NCBI GenBank assembly: GCA_964016885.1 | Contig: OZ024742.1 | Coordinates: 297,972,001-298,036,000, forward strand | Reading direction: 5' to 3' | Source of the DNA: Eledone cirrhosa | Taxonomy: Eukaryota | DNA length: 64,000 nt | Shown: one piece after another, positions 13,901 through 27,229 of the stretch | Numbering within the stretch: the first letter of the stretch is position 1 | Layout: the number at the start of each line of letters is the position of its first letter | Notes under the pieces: generated by a model | Database searches by the model: none | What the model saw: only the letters and a program-made list of their open reading frames with translations | Told to the model about the DNA's origin: nothing | Program-made: the position numbers and the translations under genes

Positions 13901-13951
13901 AATATATATATATATATATTCATTTATATTGAGGCTAAAAAATGTGTCTTG

Positions 13952-13989
13952 TAACTCTGGAGTTTCGCCTGTTTATCCCAGGTTCATCA
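13952..13989 (-). ncRNA. Hammerhead core, 5'-truncated at the first core base
   Basis: Minus strand: TGATGA-a-cctg-ggataaa-cagg-c-GAAACTCCAGAGTT; near-palindromic stem III. Confidence 0.65.
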
Positions 13990-14050
13990 TATATATATAT
14001 ATATTAGGCTGTGTGGTTATAATAATAATATCATTAAAAACGTGTGTGAA

Positions 14051-14237
14051 ATATGGGAAACAGAAAACGTGGAAGACACAAGCACATAGACAACTCCTGC
14101 TCATCAGTTGTCTTCTGGGGGTCCTTATAGTTTTAGATGATTTATAAAGCAACCAAGAGTATAATGATCTCCAGAAGACAACAGATGTGTGGGAATTATA
14201 CATGTGCTTGTCTCTTCCACAATTTCTGTTTCATATA
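14051..14237. repeat. Inverted-repeat element related to 1191-1373
   Basis: Arms 14051-14128 and 14160-14237; shared cag(c/a)agacaactgaNga...ttgtc motif. Confidence 0.75.
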
Positions 14238-14248
14238 TATATATATAT

Positions 14249-14348
14249 ATAGGGTGTCCTAAATAATGTATACACGTTGATTACTTGTACAATTAATATT
14301 TATTAGAATGATGTTGAAATGTGTATACATTTTGGGGACACACTGTAT
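14249..14348. mobile_element. About 100-bp Tc1/mariner-type MITE
   Basis: TIRs agggtgtcc...tgtatacac / gtgtataca...ggacacact with TA flanks; second copy at 59515-59616. Confidence 0.7.
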
Positions 14349-14866
14349 ATATATATAATAGTTAATATATATATATATTTAACATAAGCACATTTTATTG
14401 GTGTCTGAGTATTTCAAACTTAACAAAATCTCATAAAAAGACATGAAATTTAATAGCAAATTAAAGGAAATAGTCTACATAATTTTGAAAGTCAGGAATA
14501 TTTCCTTTGAATAAAGAATTATGAATCAAGCTCAAGTTTTACTTTGAAAACAGATGCACAAACACATATTTCAGGAATATAAAATCATATACTAAAATAA
14601 ACTATCCACAAACAAACACAAAACAAAATCAATAAAATATAGGTTTAAAAGCCTAGCATCTAAAAAGCAACAACTATAAGGATCCAATAGGTTGGGAATA
14701 GTGCTTAAAAGGGATATATAAATATTTTTTGTAAAACCAAAAGACAACATCGATGTACCACAACAAAAAGCAACACAAATACCACCACACAATTATTTAT
14801 CTTCTAATTCATCTTATTTTATAGTGGCAAGATGAGCAGACAGATTGAATAGGAGGAATGACTTAC

Positions 14867-14932
14867 GTGACACTTGACCATTTTTAGATCCAATAGAGGA
14901 GTCTTCTTTAGTTTTATCAGGTGAATTTGCCA
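14867..14932 (-). CDS. Candidate 66-nt phase 1-1 exon (VANSPDKTKEDSSIGSKNGQVS) of an unidentified host gene
   Basis: Acceptor tttctctactttttcttatag, donor GTAAGT, open frame, coding-like composition, no repeat match noticed within the window. Confidence 0.5.
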
Positions 14933-15499
14933 CTATAAGAAAAAGTAGAGAAATTTCCTTGATAGAGCAATTGGTTTCCTTATTCTGCTTTACAAGTGCT
15001 TGACTGAAGATTCAGTTGGTGCCATTTAATAACTCATTATATATATATATTTCAAAAGATCATATAGATATGACATGTCATGGAAGTTAGTTGTAGGGAA
15101 TAATCTTATAAAGTCAGTGTTGATGGTGCTACTACTCTAAAACTAGGATAAATATGATATTTAAAAAAAAAACATATATAAAGTATACATGATATAAAAA
15201 CATATATAAACTAAGCATTAGAAGAATTTGATGTAGAGTGCAAGAGAAAAGATGTGCATGGGTGAAAACGCGCCAAAAAAGATTCCAGTGGAAGGAAACC
15301 ATAAAAAAGAAAGACTGGAGAAAATCTGTACCAAAGTAGTGAGAGGTTGGTCACAAAATATCGTAACTCACAAAAACAAATAACAAAATTCATAATAATT
15401 CTTCTTTTCATCATCAGGCTTTATGTTAGGTTGCAAATTAACCAGTTCAGAAAACTGCAGCCATCTCCAGTAATGTTGTTATGGTATTTTGATTTGATA

Positions 15500-15715
15500 A
15501 TGAAATGGAAATTATTGTGTACAGTACTCAGGTGCACTACAACTCATCAAAGGTGCATATATAGTTCATAGAATAATGTACAAATGTCAGGAAAGTGAAC
15601 AGTGTATGAGCCACGATACACACAGACACATGTGTACACGTGTATGGAGGGGGGATATCAGATGTAGTGTTGGCGAATTTCAAGAAGCATGGCAGTTTTG
15701 AAGGATGCAGTGGGG
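15500..15715 (-). mobile_element. 3' end of a CR1/L2-like LINE
   Basis: Terminal peptide ASFKTAMLLEIRQHYI*; homologous to 61065-61455 (+). Confidence 0.55.
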
Positions 15716-16303
15716 AAACCCTGTGATTATAATATATGATGTCACTGAACTTGGATATGAAAACAAAAGTATTTTATTATTTAATTATCAAAGGTTAAAA
15801 TAATCGTTTAAAATATTAATTTTTGTTAAAAAAAAAACTATAGTCTTCTCAAGACTAAAGATTTATCAGACTAGAGCTTAACTTGGTTTGATGTGACTGG
15901 GAGTGTAAGACTCCCTCCTGGAAGGGACACCAGACCCTTGCAAAGTTAAAGACACCCACAAGGTACTGCTGCTGGTACTTCTGCTTACATCCAAGTGGAC
16001 TAGGGTAATGTAAAATGAAGTGCCTTGCTTGATGATATAATGCATCACCCAGTCTGGGAATCAAACCCATGGTCATACAAACTGGAGCCCAATAATTTAA
16101 CCATTAGGCCACATGCCCTCATACTTTTATAATAATTAGAAGTTTTGTATTACAAAACCAGAGGCTGTTTCATGTGGAATTGTGTCAATAAAGGATAAGA
16201 AAATGCAGAAGAAAATAGACAATGGATGGATGCAAGTAACAGATAAATGATATAGAGAATGGATAAAATATATTGTATGATAGTGAAGAAGTAAAGCATG
16301 AGA

Positions 16304-17955
16304 TCTTTATATATATAAAAGCGAGGATGTGTGTGTGTCTGTGTACAACTTTGGAACCTAAGGCTTTTACAATTACCAACCGAATTTGACCAAATTTTCT
16401 GTGCACGTTGCATAGGTCGCTAAGATGGTCACAACATTTTTTTCCAATCGACCCACGTTGAGCAATAAAAAATCGATATCAAAATTATCGGTAGCAAAAT
16501 TGATGTAAGGGAGATAACCAACTTTATTTCAATTTTAAAACAACAATCATCGTCGGACGAAATTTCAGAAATATAAACATCAGATTCATTTGAAGATAAA
16601 TCACTAATATTATCGTTTGTTTCTTGTTTATTCTTTGTTGAACTTTCAAAGTTAAATAAACACTTGTTGTTTTAACTTGTTTCACTATATTAAGTGTTAA
16701 TTTCGCGTTAAGGGCCTAATCTCGCAGCAGTCTCGAATTGACGAGATTTTGATGATGGTTTGTTTATTTTTAGAACAATCCTTATGGGACTTTCCATTCA
16801 AACCATTGGGACCTACAGCTTTTAAATTTTTTAAGTAATTTCGTCCACATTTCAGGCAGGCATTATCTATGCTTCCAGCTGTATTCGTATACATCAAACT
16901 TTTTTGACAATGAAGGAACATACTGAACAGGATTCTTCCTGGATGTCCACGGATATATAAATCTATTGATACTGTACGTGATCAACAGGATGCGGTCAAC
17001 TATCCAGTTGAATTTCTAAATTCTTTAAATCCTCCTGGTTTACCTCATAATACGTTGGTTCTGAAAGAGGGAACGCCAGTTATTTTGCTGAGAAATATCA
17101 CTCCTCCAAAACTATGCAATGGTACACGCCTTGTGGTTAAAAAACTGTCTCCACTTAGTATTGACGCTACCATTCTATCCGGATGTGGAAAAGGCGAGGG
17201 TGTGATAATAACAAAAATTAGCCTGACTACATCAGGCCTGGATATTCCCTTCTCCTTTCGCCGAACCCAATTTCTCCTTTGTGTTGCCTTTGCGATGTCC
17301 ATAAACAAGTCGCAAGGTCAAACTCTGTCCATCACTGGAATTCACTTGGATGAACCTCGCTTTTCGCACGGACAATTCTACGTTGCCTGCTCATGAGTTG
17401 GCAGTCGAGATAATCTCTTTGCGTTTGTTCCAAAAAGAAAAACAAAGAATATCGTCTATCCTGAAGTGCTTTAGTTTTAACAAAAAGACTTATTACAGCT
17501 CTGCCTTGACTTCATCTTACTCATTACAGAACATACCAATGAATATGTCATGCAGGATATTTTGGATTATAAGTTCAAAATTTAGCCATACACAGCAAAG
17601 GATGCTCTCACAGAATAGATTTTCTCTTATTCTACTCTCATTGTTTTTTTGTTTGTATACAACTCTGCTTTCATTACAACTTTTTGTACTTTAGCAAAAC
17701 TGCCTGTTTTTTTACAGATTTGCAACGTGTATTGTCTTTAATCATTTGTATAACTACATCTTGTTCAGTGTTTTCCTTCATTATCAACATAGTTTTATGT
17801 GTACAAAGATTGCACTAAATATCCGTTTGCATTAATTATTGAATACTTCTGCTTATTTTGACAGGTTGGGGACAAATAATGTTCTTCTTTTACTTCCTAG
17901 CTGTATATTCTTAGCATAATTTCAAACCCCGAGCAACGCCGGGTAAATCTGCTAG
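16304..17955 (+). mobile_element. Internally deleted Helitron carrying a PIF1-helicase C-terminal remnant (about 16960-17477)
   Basis: A|TC start; YPVEFLNSLNPPGLP...LLRNI.PPKLCNGTRL...FAMSINKSQGQTL...FSHGQFYVACS; 3' hairpin cccg-agcaacgc-cggg then CTAG at 17952-55. Confidence 0.9.
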
Positions 17956-18419
17956 CATATAATAAAACTTTGTTGTATTGGAAACACATGATGAAGAATG
18001 TTAGGCTGTTTCATAGAACATAGAAATAAAATTGTTTTGTTGTATATATTATTAAAACACAAAGTTGTTGAGAAATATTCAGATATGTAAGCCTGCTAAA
18101 ATAGATTTCTATTAAGTAAAAGTACATATCGTTCAACTCCAATTTAATCTCTCTAAGCAAATCTATCATCCGCAGATATTGCAAATATAAAATCAGCCAC
18201 TATTCTTTCAATATGAATCATCATCATTTAGCATCTGTTTTTCTTTCTTGCAAGGGTTTGAAATGTTGTCACAGATGATGTTTGTACTTAATTGGTGCTA
18301 CTGACCTCACAGAAGAGTACAGAAGCCCACAAGTTTCTGGTTAAATAGCATCAATGATTGAAATATCAAATTCAAAATAATTATAACATTAATGATAATA
18401 ATACTGACAAAGAGTTGTT

Positions 18420-18720
18420 GCAATATGAAGCAAAAGGTATGGGTGCCAATTGCAGATGAAATGATTGGCAAAACTTCTGACACCTAGAAATGGTGACTTT
18501 TTGAAAAGAATGTGGAAAATGTAACCCTCTTGCTAAGTAGATGTGAGTACCTTGGGCAAATAGAATACAAGTTATGTCATGAATCCCAATACAAAGTAAT
18601 AGTGTATTGGTATGAGCATGCACCCTGTAAAGTAATGCAGAAGGATGGGAAAGCAATGATGTTCTAGGATTATGAATTTCAGACCGAGTAATTGAGTATT
18701 GCCAACTGGGCATTATCCAG
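18420..18720 (+). mobile_element. Decayed RLE-LINE fragment
   Basis: WYEHAPCKVMQKDGKAMMF*DYEFQT resembles the WYEH.P..V.EN...VLWDF.IQT region. Confidence 0.5.
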
Positions 18721-19573
18721 CCAGCTCAGTTGGAGATGGTTGCTTCTGACAGGACCTGCTGGAAGGAGTGTTTGAGGGTACTGACCCCATGAACCTCTCA
18801 GAAATAAGTGAGCAAAAAAGAAGGAAGGATGAAAAGCTGTTGATCTCAGCAGGATTTGAACTAAGAATGTAAGAATGTAGAAACAAACACCACAAAGCAT
18901 TTTATTTAACATATATGCAGATGAGATCTATTCTGATATTTTGTGTCCTGATTATATTTTATACAAAGTACATATGAAATGGATCTCCATCAGCTTGGAT
19001 GGTGAGTGTTCTAGTTATTCGATCAATTAAATAGTCTGCTCATGAAATTATGTGAGTTTCTGAACATTTCACAGACATATGTACATGGAACATAATTCTC
19101 AGGGAGATTCAGCATGATATAGCATGTGATTAGGCTGGCCCTTTTCATTATATGTACAATCCAACCAAAAAGCTTCCAAATATTTCTGTCTACCCAATTT
19201 TAGTAACCAAGTATTGTTTGACCTGAGGATATGGTAACAGATACTTGCTCAAGACCCCTCGCAGTGGGATTTAATGCAGGACCTAATGATTGGAATTGAA
19301 TTAAACATATCAATAAGAATATTGAGGCAATAATTAAACAGAGTCTATGAAAATATGTAGCTACAAAAAAGGTTGCTCCATAAATTCTATCAGAGATAAT
19401 AAAGCTTCAATGTATTTTATTATTTGTAATGCTGTAAATACCATACCTATGTTACTATAGAAACACTATAGCCATGTGTTACTATGGATACACTATAGCT
19501 ATGATGTTACTATAGAAACAGTATAGAGAGAATTATGGGATATATGGATGGTGGTAAGAATACATACACACAC

Positions 19574-19660
<87 letters not shown>

Positions 19661-20499
19661 TATACAAGGGAGTGTGTGTCACTATAATGTTACATTTGTG
19701 ACATTTGACCTGGTCCTCTGAACTCTGAATTCAAATCCTACTGAGGTCAATAACTAAAGTACATAGCAGTCCAGTACTTGATTTGATTCTTCCTGCAAAA
19801 CTCTTTCTCATTTTCTCTCTCTCCATTTCTTTTGCTAGAAAACAATCAGATGTCTTCAAACCTGAAGAGGAATGGACTTTGCCCAAGACATGCTGTTTGT
19901 CATAATGGTGCCTCTATGACTCCATGATGAGTTAAGGGCTCATGAATGACATAAGATACTTAAACATACTTATTTTCTCTTCCTAATCTATTTACTTCTT
20001 TTGTCTCCCTGAACAAAGGCTAATAGTTTTGGAAGGAGGAGAACATCAATGAAGTCAGCCCCACCATTTGACTGATATATAGGCCAACTTGGATTTGGTG
20101 GGATTGGAATTTAGAACATAATACTGTGAAGCTTTTCGTCCAATGCTTTAATGATTTTTCCTATAATAATAATTCTTTCTGGCAGAGACACACAGCCAGC
20201 TATTTGGGGAATGGAAAAACTTTTATAGTACTTAACTGGTACTTTATTTTATCAGCCCAGGGAGGATGAAAGGCTGTTGAACTATAAATGTAAAATGCAG
20301 AAACAAATACCACAAAGCATTTTGTTTATTTTTCTAATGATTCTGCCAATCCACCACTCTGTCATAATAATTGTTTCTACTTTTGGCACAAGGCCACCAA
20401 TTACCCAGTGTATTACTGGTACTTTATTTTATCGACCCCGTAAGGATGAAAGGCAAAGTCAACCTCGGCGGGATTTGAACTCAGATCGTAAAGGGAATA

Positions 20500-21140
20500 A
20501 TAATAACAATGAGGACATGGAGAGGTTAACATGAAAAATGATGTTGGAGGAAGGAGCAAGATGTAAGAAAGCAAATGTCTTGTGATTGTACATGCCAAGA
20601 ATGTGTGGAAGAGGTCTTGTTGGAAAGAGGAAATGTGTGGCAGGTGAATGGAAGTTCATGTTGCCAGTAGTGAGGAAAATCTACTGCATTATATTGCAAA
20701 TGAAGCTGGGCTATCAAAAGGGTTTATTGAGAGTGATTGGAAATGAAGAATCACAAGAGAAAAAGCTGAGAGCAGGGAAGCAATGTCATTGCATAATCAT
20801 TTGAAGAGGGACACAAAGGAGTTTAAGACAAATAAATCATGGGCTTGGCTAACTAGAAGAGATGAAGTGGGAAATGGAAGGTTTGCTTATTTCTACCCAA
20901 AGCATTGAACACAAACTCAGTACAACATAATATTTACAACCAAGAAGATTCAGAGAAGCCGAGAGTTTATGGGGGAAGGTGTTGAAACCATTATATACAA
21001 TACTCGAGCAAAAGGATTAGAAAAGGAGTCACAACAAAGTGTGTAAACTTCTTCATTGGTGCATAAGGAAAAGGTGCAGCTTCATAAGTGCTCATAAATG
21101 GTACCAGCCTAAACAAGAAAAAGTGATTGAAAAAGAAAAT
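20500..21140 (+). mobile_element. Decayed R4/Dong-like fragment
   Basis: Remnants of GRGL..EECV, SWAWL, HNKVCKLLHW, HKWYQPKQEKVIE; begins at a (TAA)n run. Confidence 0.6.
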
Positions 21141-23049
21141 AATTTTTAAAAAGAATGAAGAAACCTTCCTACAGAAAACTACTTCCTTTGTTAAATATTA
21201 CATCAGCTAGAAATCATTTACATATATCTACAGATCGGATTATTTCCATCATTACTGAAGCTAAATTTAGAAAAATGTCTTCAATATCCAGCAAACAGCC
21301 ATTGAAAATTACACATTAAATAAAGCAAATAACTGAAGAAGGTGGATATGGTTGCTATCCTAGATTACTGATGCTATCTGTTCAATGAATTGGTAAAGAG
21401 GGATTACTTGTCACACACAAGTAATATAGAAGATGTTGCCGACATGTTGATTGACTTTTATTGATTATTCAGTTCATAGAACTGGAATAAACATGCAAGG
21501 GCTAGAGTAAATCTAAAACTAATATTACCCATTTACTTTTTGATTATAAATTACTTTGCAATGTGCAATACTTTAACCACGGTGTTATTCACAGAATGTA
21601 ATGTAATGTATTATATCTTTTAAATGCTCTATTGTAATTAAAACGCTTGGCCATTATAAAGACTTACTGCAATATATAAGGAGACAGAGAGGCTGGAGAA
21701 GTTAGTGTATGTATTTCTGGTTTATTTAAATTTTGAACTCAGGATAAATATATTGTAAAATATAATAAAGCAATTATCTCAATATTCAAGTTTTAACCAT
21801 TTTATTACCATATTTCCAATGAAAGAAACTGTCTATGATTTTGAAATAATTTTGAAAATAATCAAGAATTTGCTTAGCAGGAATTTAGTAAAATAACTGA
21901 CGTTTTTATTATTAAGCTGGGGTTTGGAACATAGTTTAACAAGTTCTTACACAAATAAACACTTCAAAACAAACAATTGTGTATCGTGGTACCAGAAACA
22001 GTTTCGGGAAGTTTAGTATCAGAAAGGTTAAGAGAGTAATTTGAACAAAACAAAGATTTTTACATAAATTTTATAAACAAACTGGGATGATTTCAGGCTA
22101 TTTAATATCAAAGAGGTTTAAAGCACTTACAGACAAATGAAAGAATAATTTTGTTGGTTTTGATAAACTCATTTAGAAATATGTTTCTTCAAAGTTTTCA
22201 AATGAAATGTAAATTCCTGCATCATGATGGTAGAAACCAATAGAAATTAAAGGTTATTTCATCGATTATATTCGACATTAATGTCACACAGTGTATAAAG
22301 TGGATTCAGTGACTTTATACAGCTTCTTAATCTAAATTTTATCAGATTCTATTTCAAAAACACATTGAACAACCATATATCTGCTATATTAGTGGTAATT
22401 TATCGATAATTTGATCAAAGGGGGAATACTCATGAATGCATGTATAGCTGTGTGGTTAAGATGTTTACTTTGCAGCCATGTTGTTCTTGGCTTAATTCCA
22501 TTGTGTGGCGTCTTTGGCAAGTATATTTACTATAGCTTTGTGTTGACCAATGACTTGCGTGTGAAATTTGGCTGGCAGAATAAAATACGTATGAGTGTTG
22601 TACATAATTGAAATTATTTAATGTCTGCTTCTCCATCTCAACATAGGTTGGACAGATCATTACAGACTAAACCAGTAAACAATCAGAGTTATGTTTCTGG
22701 GGTGGAGGGAGCCACATCACACATATGTTACGATTTTGGCATGTTTATATAGTCAGATTACCTTCCTGTCACCAAACACCTTACAAAATACTGTCTGCAC
22801 CAGCATATATATATATATATATAATATTAAGGATACTATTTATAGTTATGTATATTTTAAACTTTTATAGTTATGTATAATTTAAACTATAAACAGGGAA
22901 GGTCAGTAATTTATTACTACCTTATTACCAGTAAGATAAATAGCTCAATGTAATAACATTGGATGAAACAATTGTAAGTGAATAAATGCTTTGAACATAG
23001 CTTTGATTCTTGTGAATTCTATATATATATATCATCATCATCATCATCA

Positions 23050-23372
23050 TTTTACGACCGCTGTTCCCTGCTTGCAAGGGTGGGACGGGAACTGATCCTG
23101 GCTTGATTTCTACAGCTGGATGCCCTTCCTAACACCAACCTCATTTACAGTGTGGGCTGGGTGCTTTTTTGCTGTGGCACCTCCACGACCACTTTGCAGT
23201 GGAATGATATGGACCCCAGTCCTATCATCTCATTTCTACAGCTGAGTAAACTGGAGCAATGTGAAATAAAGTGTCTTACTCAAGGAAACAACACATCACC
23301 TGGTCTGAGAATTGAACTCACAACCTTTCAATTGCAAGGCCAATGCTTTAACCACTAAGCCATGTGCCTCCA
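23050..23372 (-). mobile_element. SINE family 2 (tRNA head, CORE-like body, RTE-type 3' tail)
   Basis: Reverse complement of 33596-33930 and 52592-52925. Confidence 0.85.
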
Positions 23373-23443
23373 TATATATATATATGTGCGTGTGTGTGTG
23401 TGTGTGTGCGCGTGTATGTATGTATATATATGTGTATATATAT

Positions 23444-23485
<42 letters not shown>

Positions 23486-23635
23486 GCGCACAAGTATAGC
23501 TCTTTTTCCAAAACGTTTTTTTTTCTATTTCAGGTAGACGCGCTCCATCATTCACTTTTCTAAAAAAATAAATCATACACATTTTTTCCAATTCCAACCC
23601 GCCCGTCCCTTCAATCTATCTTATTTCTCATTCTT

Positions 23636-23671
23636 TCTTCTGATGAAAGAGTAGCATCCGAAACGTTAAGA
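23636..23671 (+). ncRNA. Degenerate minimal hammerhead motif in a dispersed repeat
   Basis: tctt-CTGATGA-aagagtagcatcc-GAAACGTT-aaga; flanks homologous to about 36040-36170 (+) and about 54740-54870 (-). Confidence 0.55.
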
Positions 23672-23794
23672 CCCTCTTCCTGCTATTTCAAGTATTAACC
23701 TAATATATCCCTTCCATATACTGAACCGAATGTGTTGTTATTTCTGTTTACCTTTTACACACACATGCACACATATACATATATATATATATAT

Positions 23795-24030
23795 CATCAT
23801 CATCATCATTGTTTAACGTCTATCTTCCACGCTAGCATGGGTTAGACGGAAATTGTCCCATTTGAGGTAAGATTGGTCGAGTAACCGTGTCTCGCCCGTA
23901 TAGGGCTATCTGGCAGGTTTTCTACGGTTGGATGCCCTTCCTAACACCAACCACATTTACAGTCTGGACTGGGAACTTTTTACTGTGTTACCTACACGAC
24001 CACATTACAGCGTGGACTGATTTTCTTTTC
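23795..24030 (-). mobile_element. Short 3' fragment of an RTE LINE
   Basis: Homologous to 24080-24290; (CAT)n tail. Confidence 0.75.
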
Positions 24031-24069
24031 CCTTCTCCCTTTCCTTTTATATATATATATATATATATA

Positions 24070-25710
24070 TCATCATCATCATCGTTTAACGTCCATCTTC
24101 CATGCTTGCATGGGTTTGGACGGAAAGTTTCCCACTTGAGGCAAGATTTGTTGTCCTGCTCGTATAGGACTGTCTGGCGGGTTTTCTACGGCTGGATGCC
24201 CTTCCTAACACCAAACCACGTTTACAGTGTAGACTGGGAGGTTTTTACCATGTTACCTACACGGCCACATTACAGCGTGGACTGTGTGTTTTTTGTCGTG
24301 ACACCTACACGACCTCATTTGTTTCGGACTGGATGTTGTGGTACCAACATAACTTCACATTTAAGGGGGTGGGGGTAGTGGACGGGGGGGGGGTATTTTG
24401 TTAGAGGTGCCTACTGACTGTAGGTTTCGCTTTGTACTTAGGCAAGGCGGGTCTTCTGTATGACTGTGTAACACCAAAGATCTCGGTCCAGTGACATTGT
24501 CTTGGAGAGGTGTAAGTGTGTGAGGTCGGAATTTATCAGCTCGTCCCAGGTTTTTCTGGGTCTGCCTACTCCGTGGCTACCGTCTATTTTTATCGCCCTG
24601 CACTTTTTTATACAGCTGTCGTCTTTCATGCGCATCACGTGACCATACCAACGTAGTCTTCTCTCGAGTAAACAACATCTGATCCCTCTTATTCCTAATT
24701 TCTCCTTTAGTTCGTTTATGCTTTGCCGTTCACGTATATTACTGTTACACATCCAGTGGAGCATGCAATCTTCGTTTCTCTCCAGTCTGCGTATATCCTC
24801 TGCACACAATGCCCAGGTCTCACTGCTATGTAACATTGCTGTTCATATGCAGGCATCATACAGCCTGCCTTTCATTTTTAGAGAGAACCCTTTAGCGGCC
24901 AATAGTGGTATAAGCTCTCTGAACTTTTTCCATCCCGTTCTGACTCTAGCTACTGTACTTTCAGAGCACCCTCCCCCACTGCTGATTTTTGTCACCCAGG
25001 TAACGGAAGGTGTCCACTATTTCTATAGTACCATCTGAGCAATGGAATGAGCTAGTATTCTGTGGGCACTTGCTGCTACTTATTGCAGCAGAGCACCGGC
25101 CACATATAAAATCTATATTCTTAGTTAGCTTACCTGTGATCCCACTACATCTTTTATGCACCCATACTTTCAATTTGGGACATAAAATGGAGTTTCTGCC
25201 TACTCCTTTCCTACACACTGAGCATGGCCATTTCCCAGATGGGACCGGTGCCCTATTTTCCTTCCTACAAACTATAACTTTAGTCTTAGACAAGTTAACT
25301 TTAAGGCCTTTTGATTCTAGGCCATGCTTCCATGTTTGGAATTTCTTCTCTAGTTCAGCCATTGATTCAGCTATGAGCGTTAGATCATCTGCATATAGGA
25401 GTTCCCATGGGCAGCCGGTCTTGAACTCCTCTGTTATAGCCTGAAGGGCAATAATAAATAGTAGGGGGCTAAGAACGGAGCCCTGATGAACACCAACTTT
25501 TACGCTAAACTCTTCACTATATTCGTTGTTAATTCTAACCTTGCTGACTGTTTCTTTATACATGGCTCACAAGTCATTCATCAACACCTAGTTTTCTAAG
25601 CGCCCACCAGATAATGGAGCGGGGGACTCTGTCAAAGGTTTTCTCCAAGTCAACAAAAGCTAAGTATAAGGGTTTACTTTTAGCTAGGTACTTCTCTTGT
25701 AGTTGTCGTA
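24070..25710 (-). mobile_element. 5'-truncated RTE-clade LINE (disrupted RT ORF, about 24438-25710)
   Basis: FVDLEKTFDRVP, GVHQGSVLSPLLF, LLYADDL, FRYLG, RRLRWYGHVMR, GRPRKTW; (GAT)n tail. Confidence 0.92.
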
Positions 25711-25998
25711 ATATATATATATATATTTATAAGAGTGATAGGAATAAATATTTTTTAGATATTATTAAGTGCAATAGAACCAAGCTAAACGAAATCAAAC
25801 ATTTTGGCAACAAAAGTTCAGTGGTCTTTTCATATACATTTCTAATGTTGGTGAGTCTGTTATAATTTTATACTATAGTAAAAACGTTTGAATCTCCTGG
25901 AGATTTTGTGTTTGCTATTGTGAATACTTTATAAGCTGCTATATCTGACAGTTCTTACAGTTAGAAGTCAGTTGAACTTTCAGTAAATCAAAATCTGT

Positions 25999-26728
25999 TT
26001 TAACTCTTTTATTACCATATTTCTAATGACATACAATGTTTTTCAATAAATAATGAAGAATCTGAAGGATTTACGAAAATTATTTATTATTTTATTATTA
26101 AGACAATATTTTTAATGTAAAAAAGAATTTTTACATAAAATTATATTGGGACATCATAATTTAATTAGGAACCTTTTAAAACAGGTAATTTTCTTTTTCA
26201 TAGAAACAGAGCTAGTTTGGGCAAGTTGGTATCAAAAGGGTTAAACTGACTCACCTTTAAGTTATTCTTGCTTTAACTTTTTTGATACCAAACAATCTGA
26301 AACTGCCTCTCATTCTACGATATAACACTATTTTCAAGTGTTTATATCCATTTAAAAACCTTCTGTCATAATTAATTGTTTCTACTTTAGGCACAAGGCC
26401 AACAATTACCCAGTGCATTACTGGTACTTTATTTTATCGACCCCGTAAGGATGAAAGACAAAGTCAACCTCGGCGGGATTTGAACTCAGATCGTAAAGGG
26501 ACGTAACTATGCTGGAAAGCATGGCATCCGACTCTCTACCGATACTGCCAATCCACCTTCTGTCATAATTAATGTAAGGTATTTTGTTAAGTTATGCTCT
26601 AAACATCAGCTTAATCATGAGAAATTTTGTTATTTTACAAAATCCCTCCAAATTCTCTATTATTTTCAAAATTATTTGAAAATCCTTGGCAGTGTCATTT
26701 ATTAGAAATATGTTAAGAGAAGGGTTAA
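25999..26728. mobile_element. Two oppositely oriented TTAA-flanked (piggyBac-type) MITEs; the second holds a SINE1 (26377-26554) with a 19-bp TSD
   Basis: Termini ttaac(c/t)ttt...aagggttaa; related decayed copies at about 21793-22030, 34488-34715, 38985-39235, 40660-40925, 62143-62418; TSD accttctgtcataattaat at 26358-76 and 26555-73. Confidence 0.7.
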
Positions 26729-27170
26729 ACTGACTTGTCTTTAGGTTATTCTTTAATTTAATTCACTAAAAGTTCACTAAAATGCCTTGACAGATTATAA
26801 AATAGCTGATTCTGAGAATGGAAACTGAGCATTGATTAGAGACTTATTTTGTCACAGAAGTGAAGAAGCCCTCAAGAATAATAAATAAGCAGATCCATAA
26901 TAAGAGATAAAGATAGCTTAGTAATAGACAGAGGCATTCTTTTAAGTGGAATTAAATGAGAGCTCAAGTTATGAAATGTGGCTGATTTGTTAACCTAGAC
27001 TACAAATAGATTCAGTTGAATATTGACATTAATGGTTAGTCAGTGTAATATTAGATTTATGAGCAAGTTTTAAGAACTTAGATTTATTTTCCTTACATTT
27101 TTCTTTTCTCTCTTAAAACATATGGTAATGTCATCATATATAATGATATCATCTAAATAGGAATACATAC

Positions 27171-27229
27171 CTTCCAACTTGTTTTCAAGAATAATATTGT
27201 TTATAATACTTGCAGAAACAGTTGACCAT
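27171..27229 (-). CDS. Candidate 59-nt exon (RWSTVSASIINNIILENKLE)
   Basis: Donor AAG|GTATGT, weak acceptor ggcag; phase 2 to 1, compatible with neighbouring candidates. Confidence 0.3.

Noticed and set aside
19440-19530. CRISPR-like or regulatory repeat array (also 32170-32300)
   Set aside because: Simple minisatellites of about 24-27 bp without unique spacers; eukaryotic context and no cas genes.
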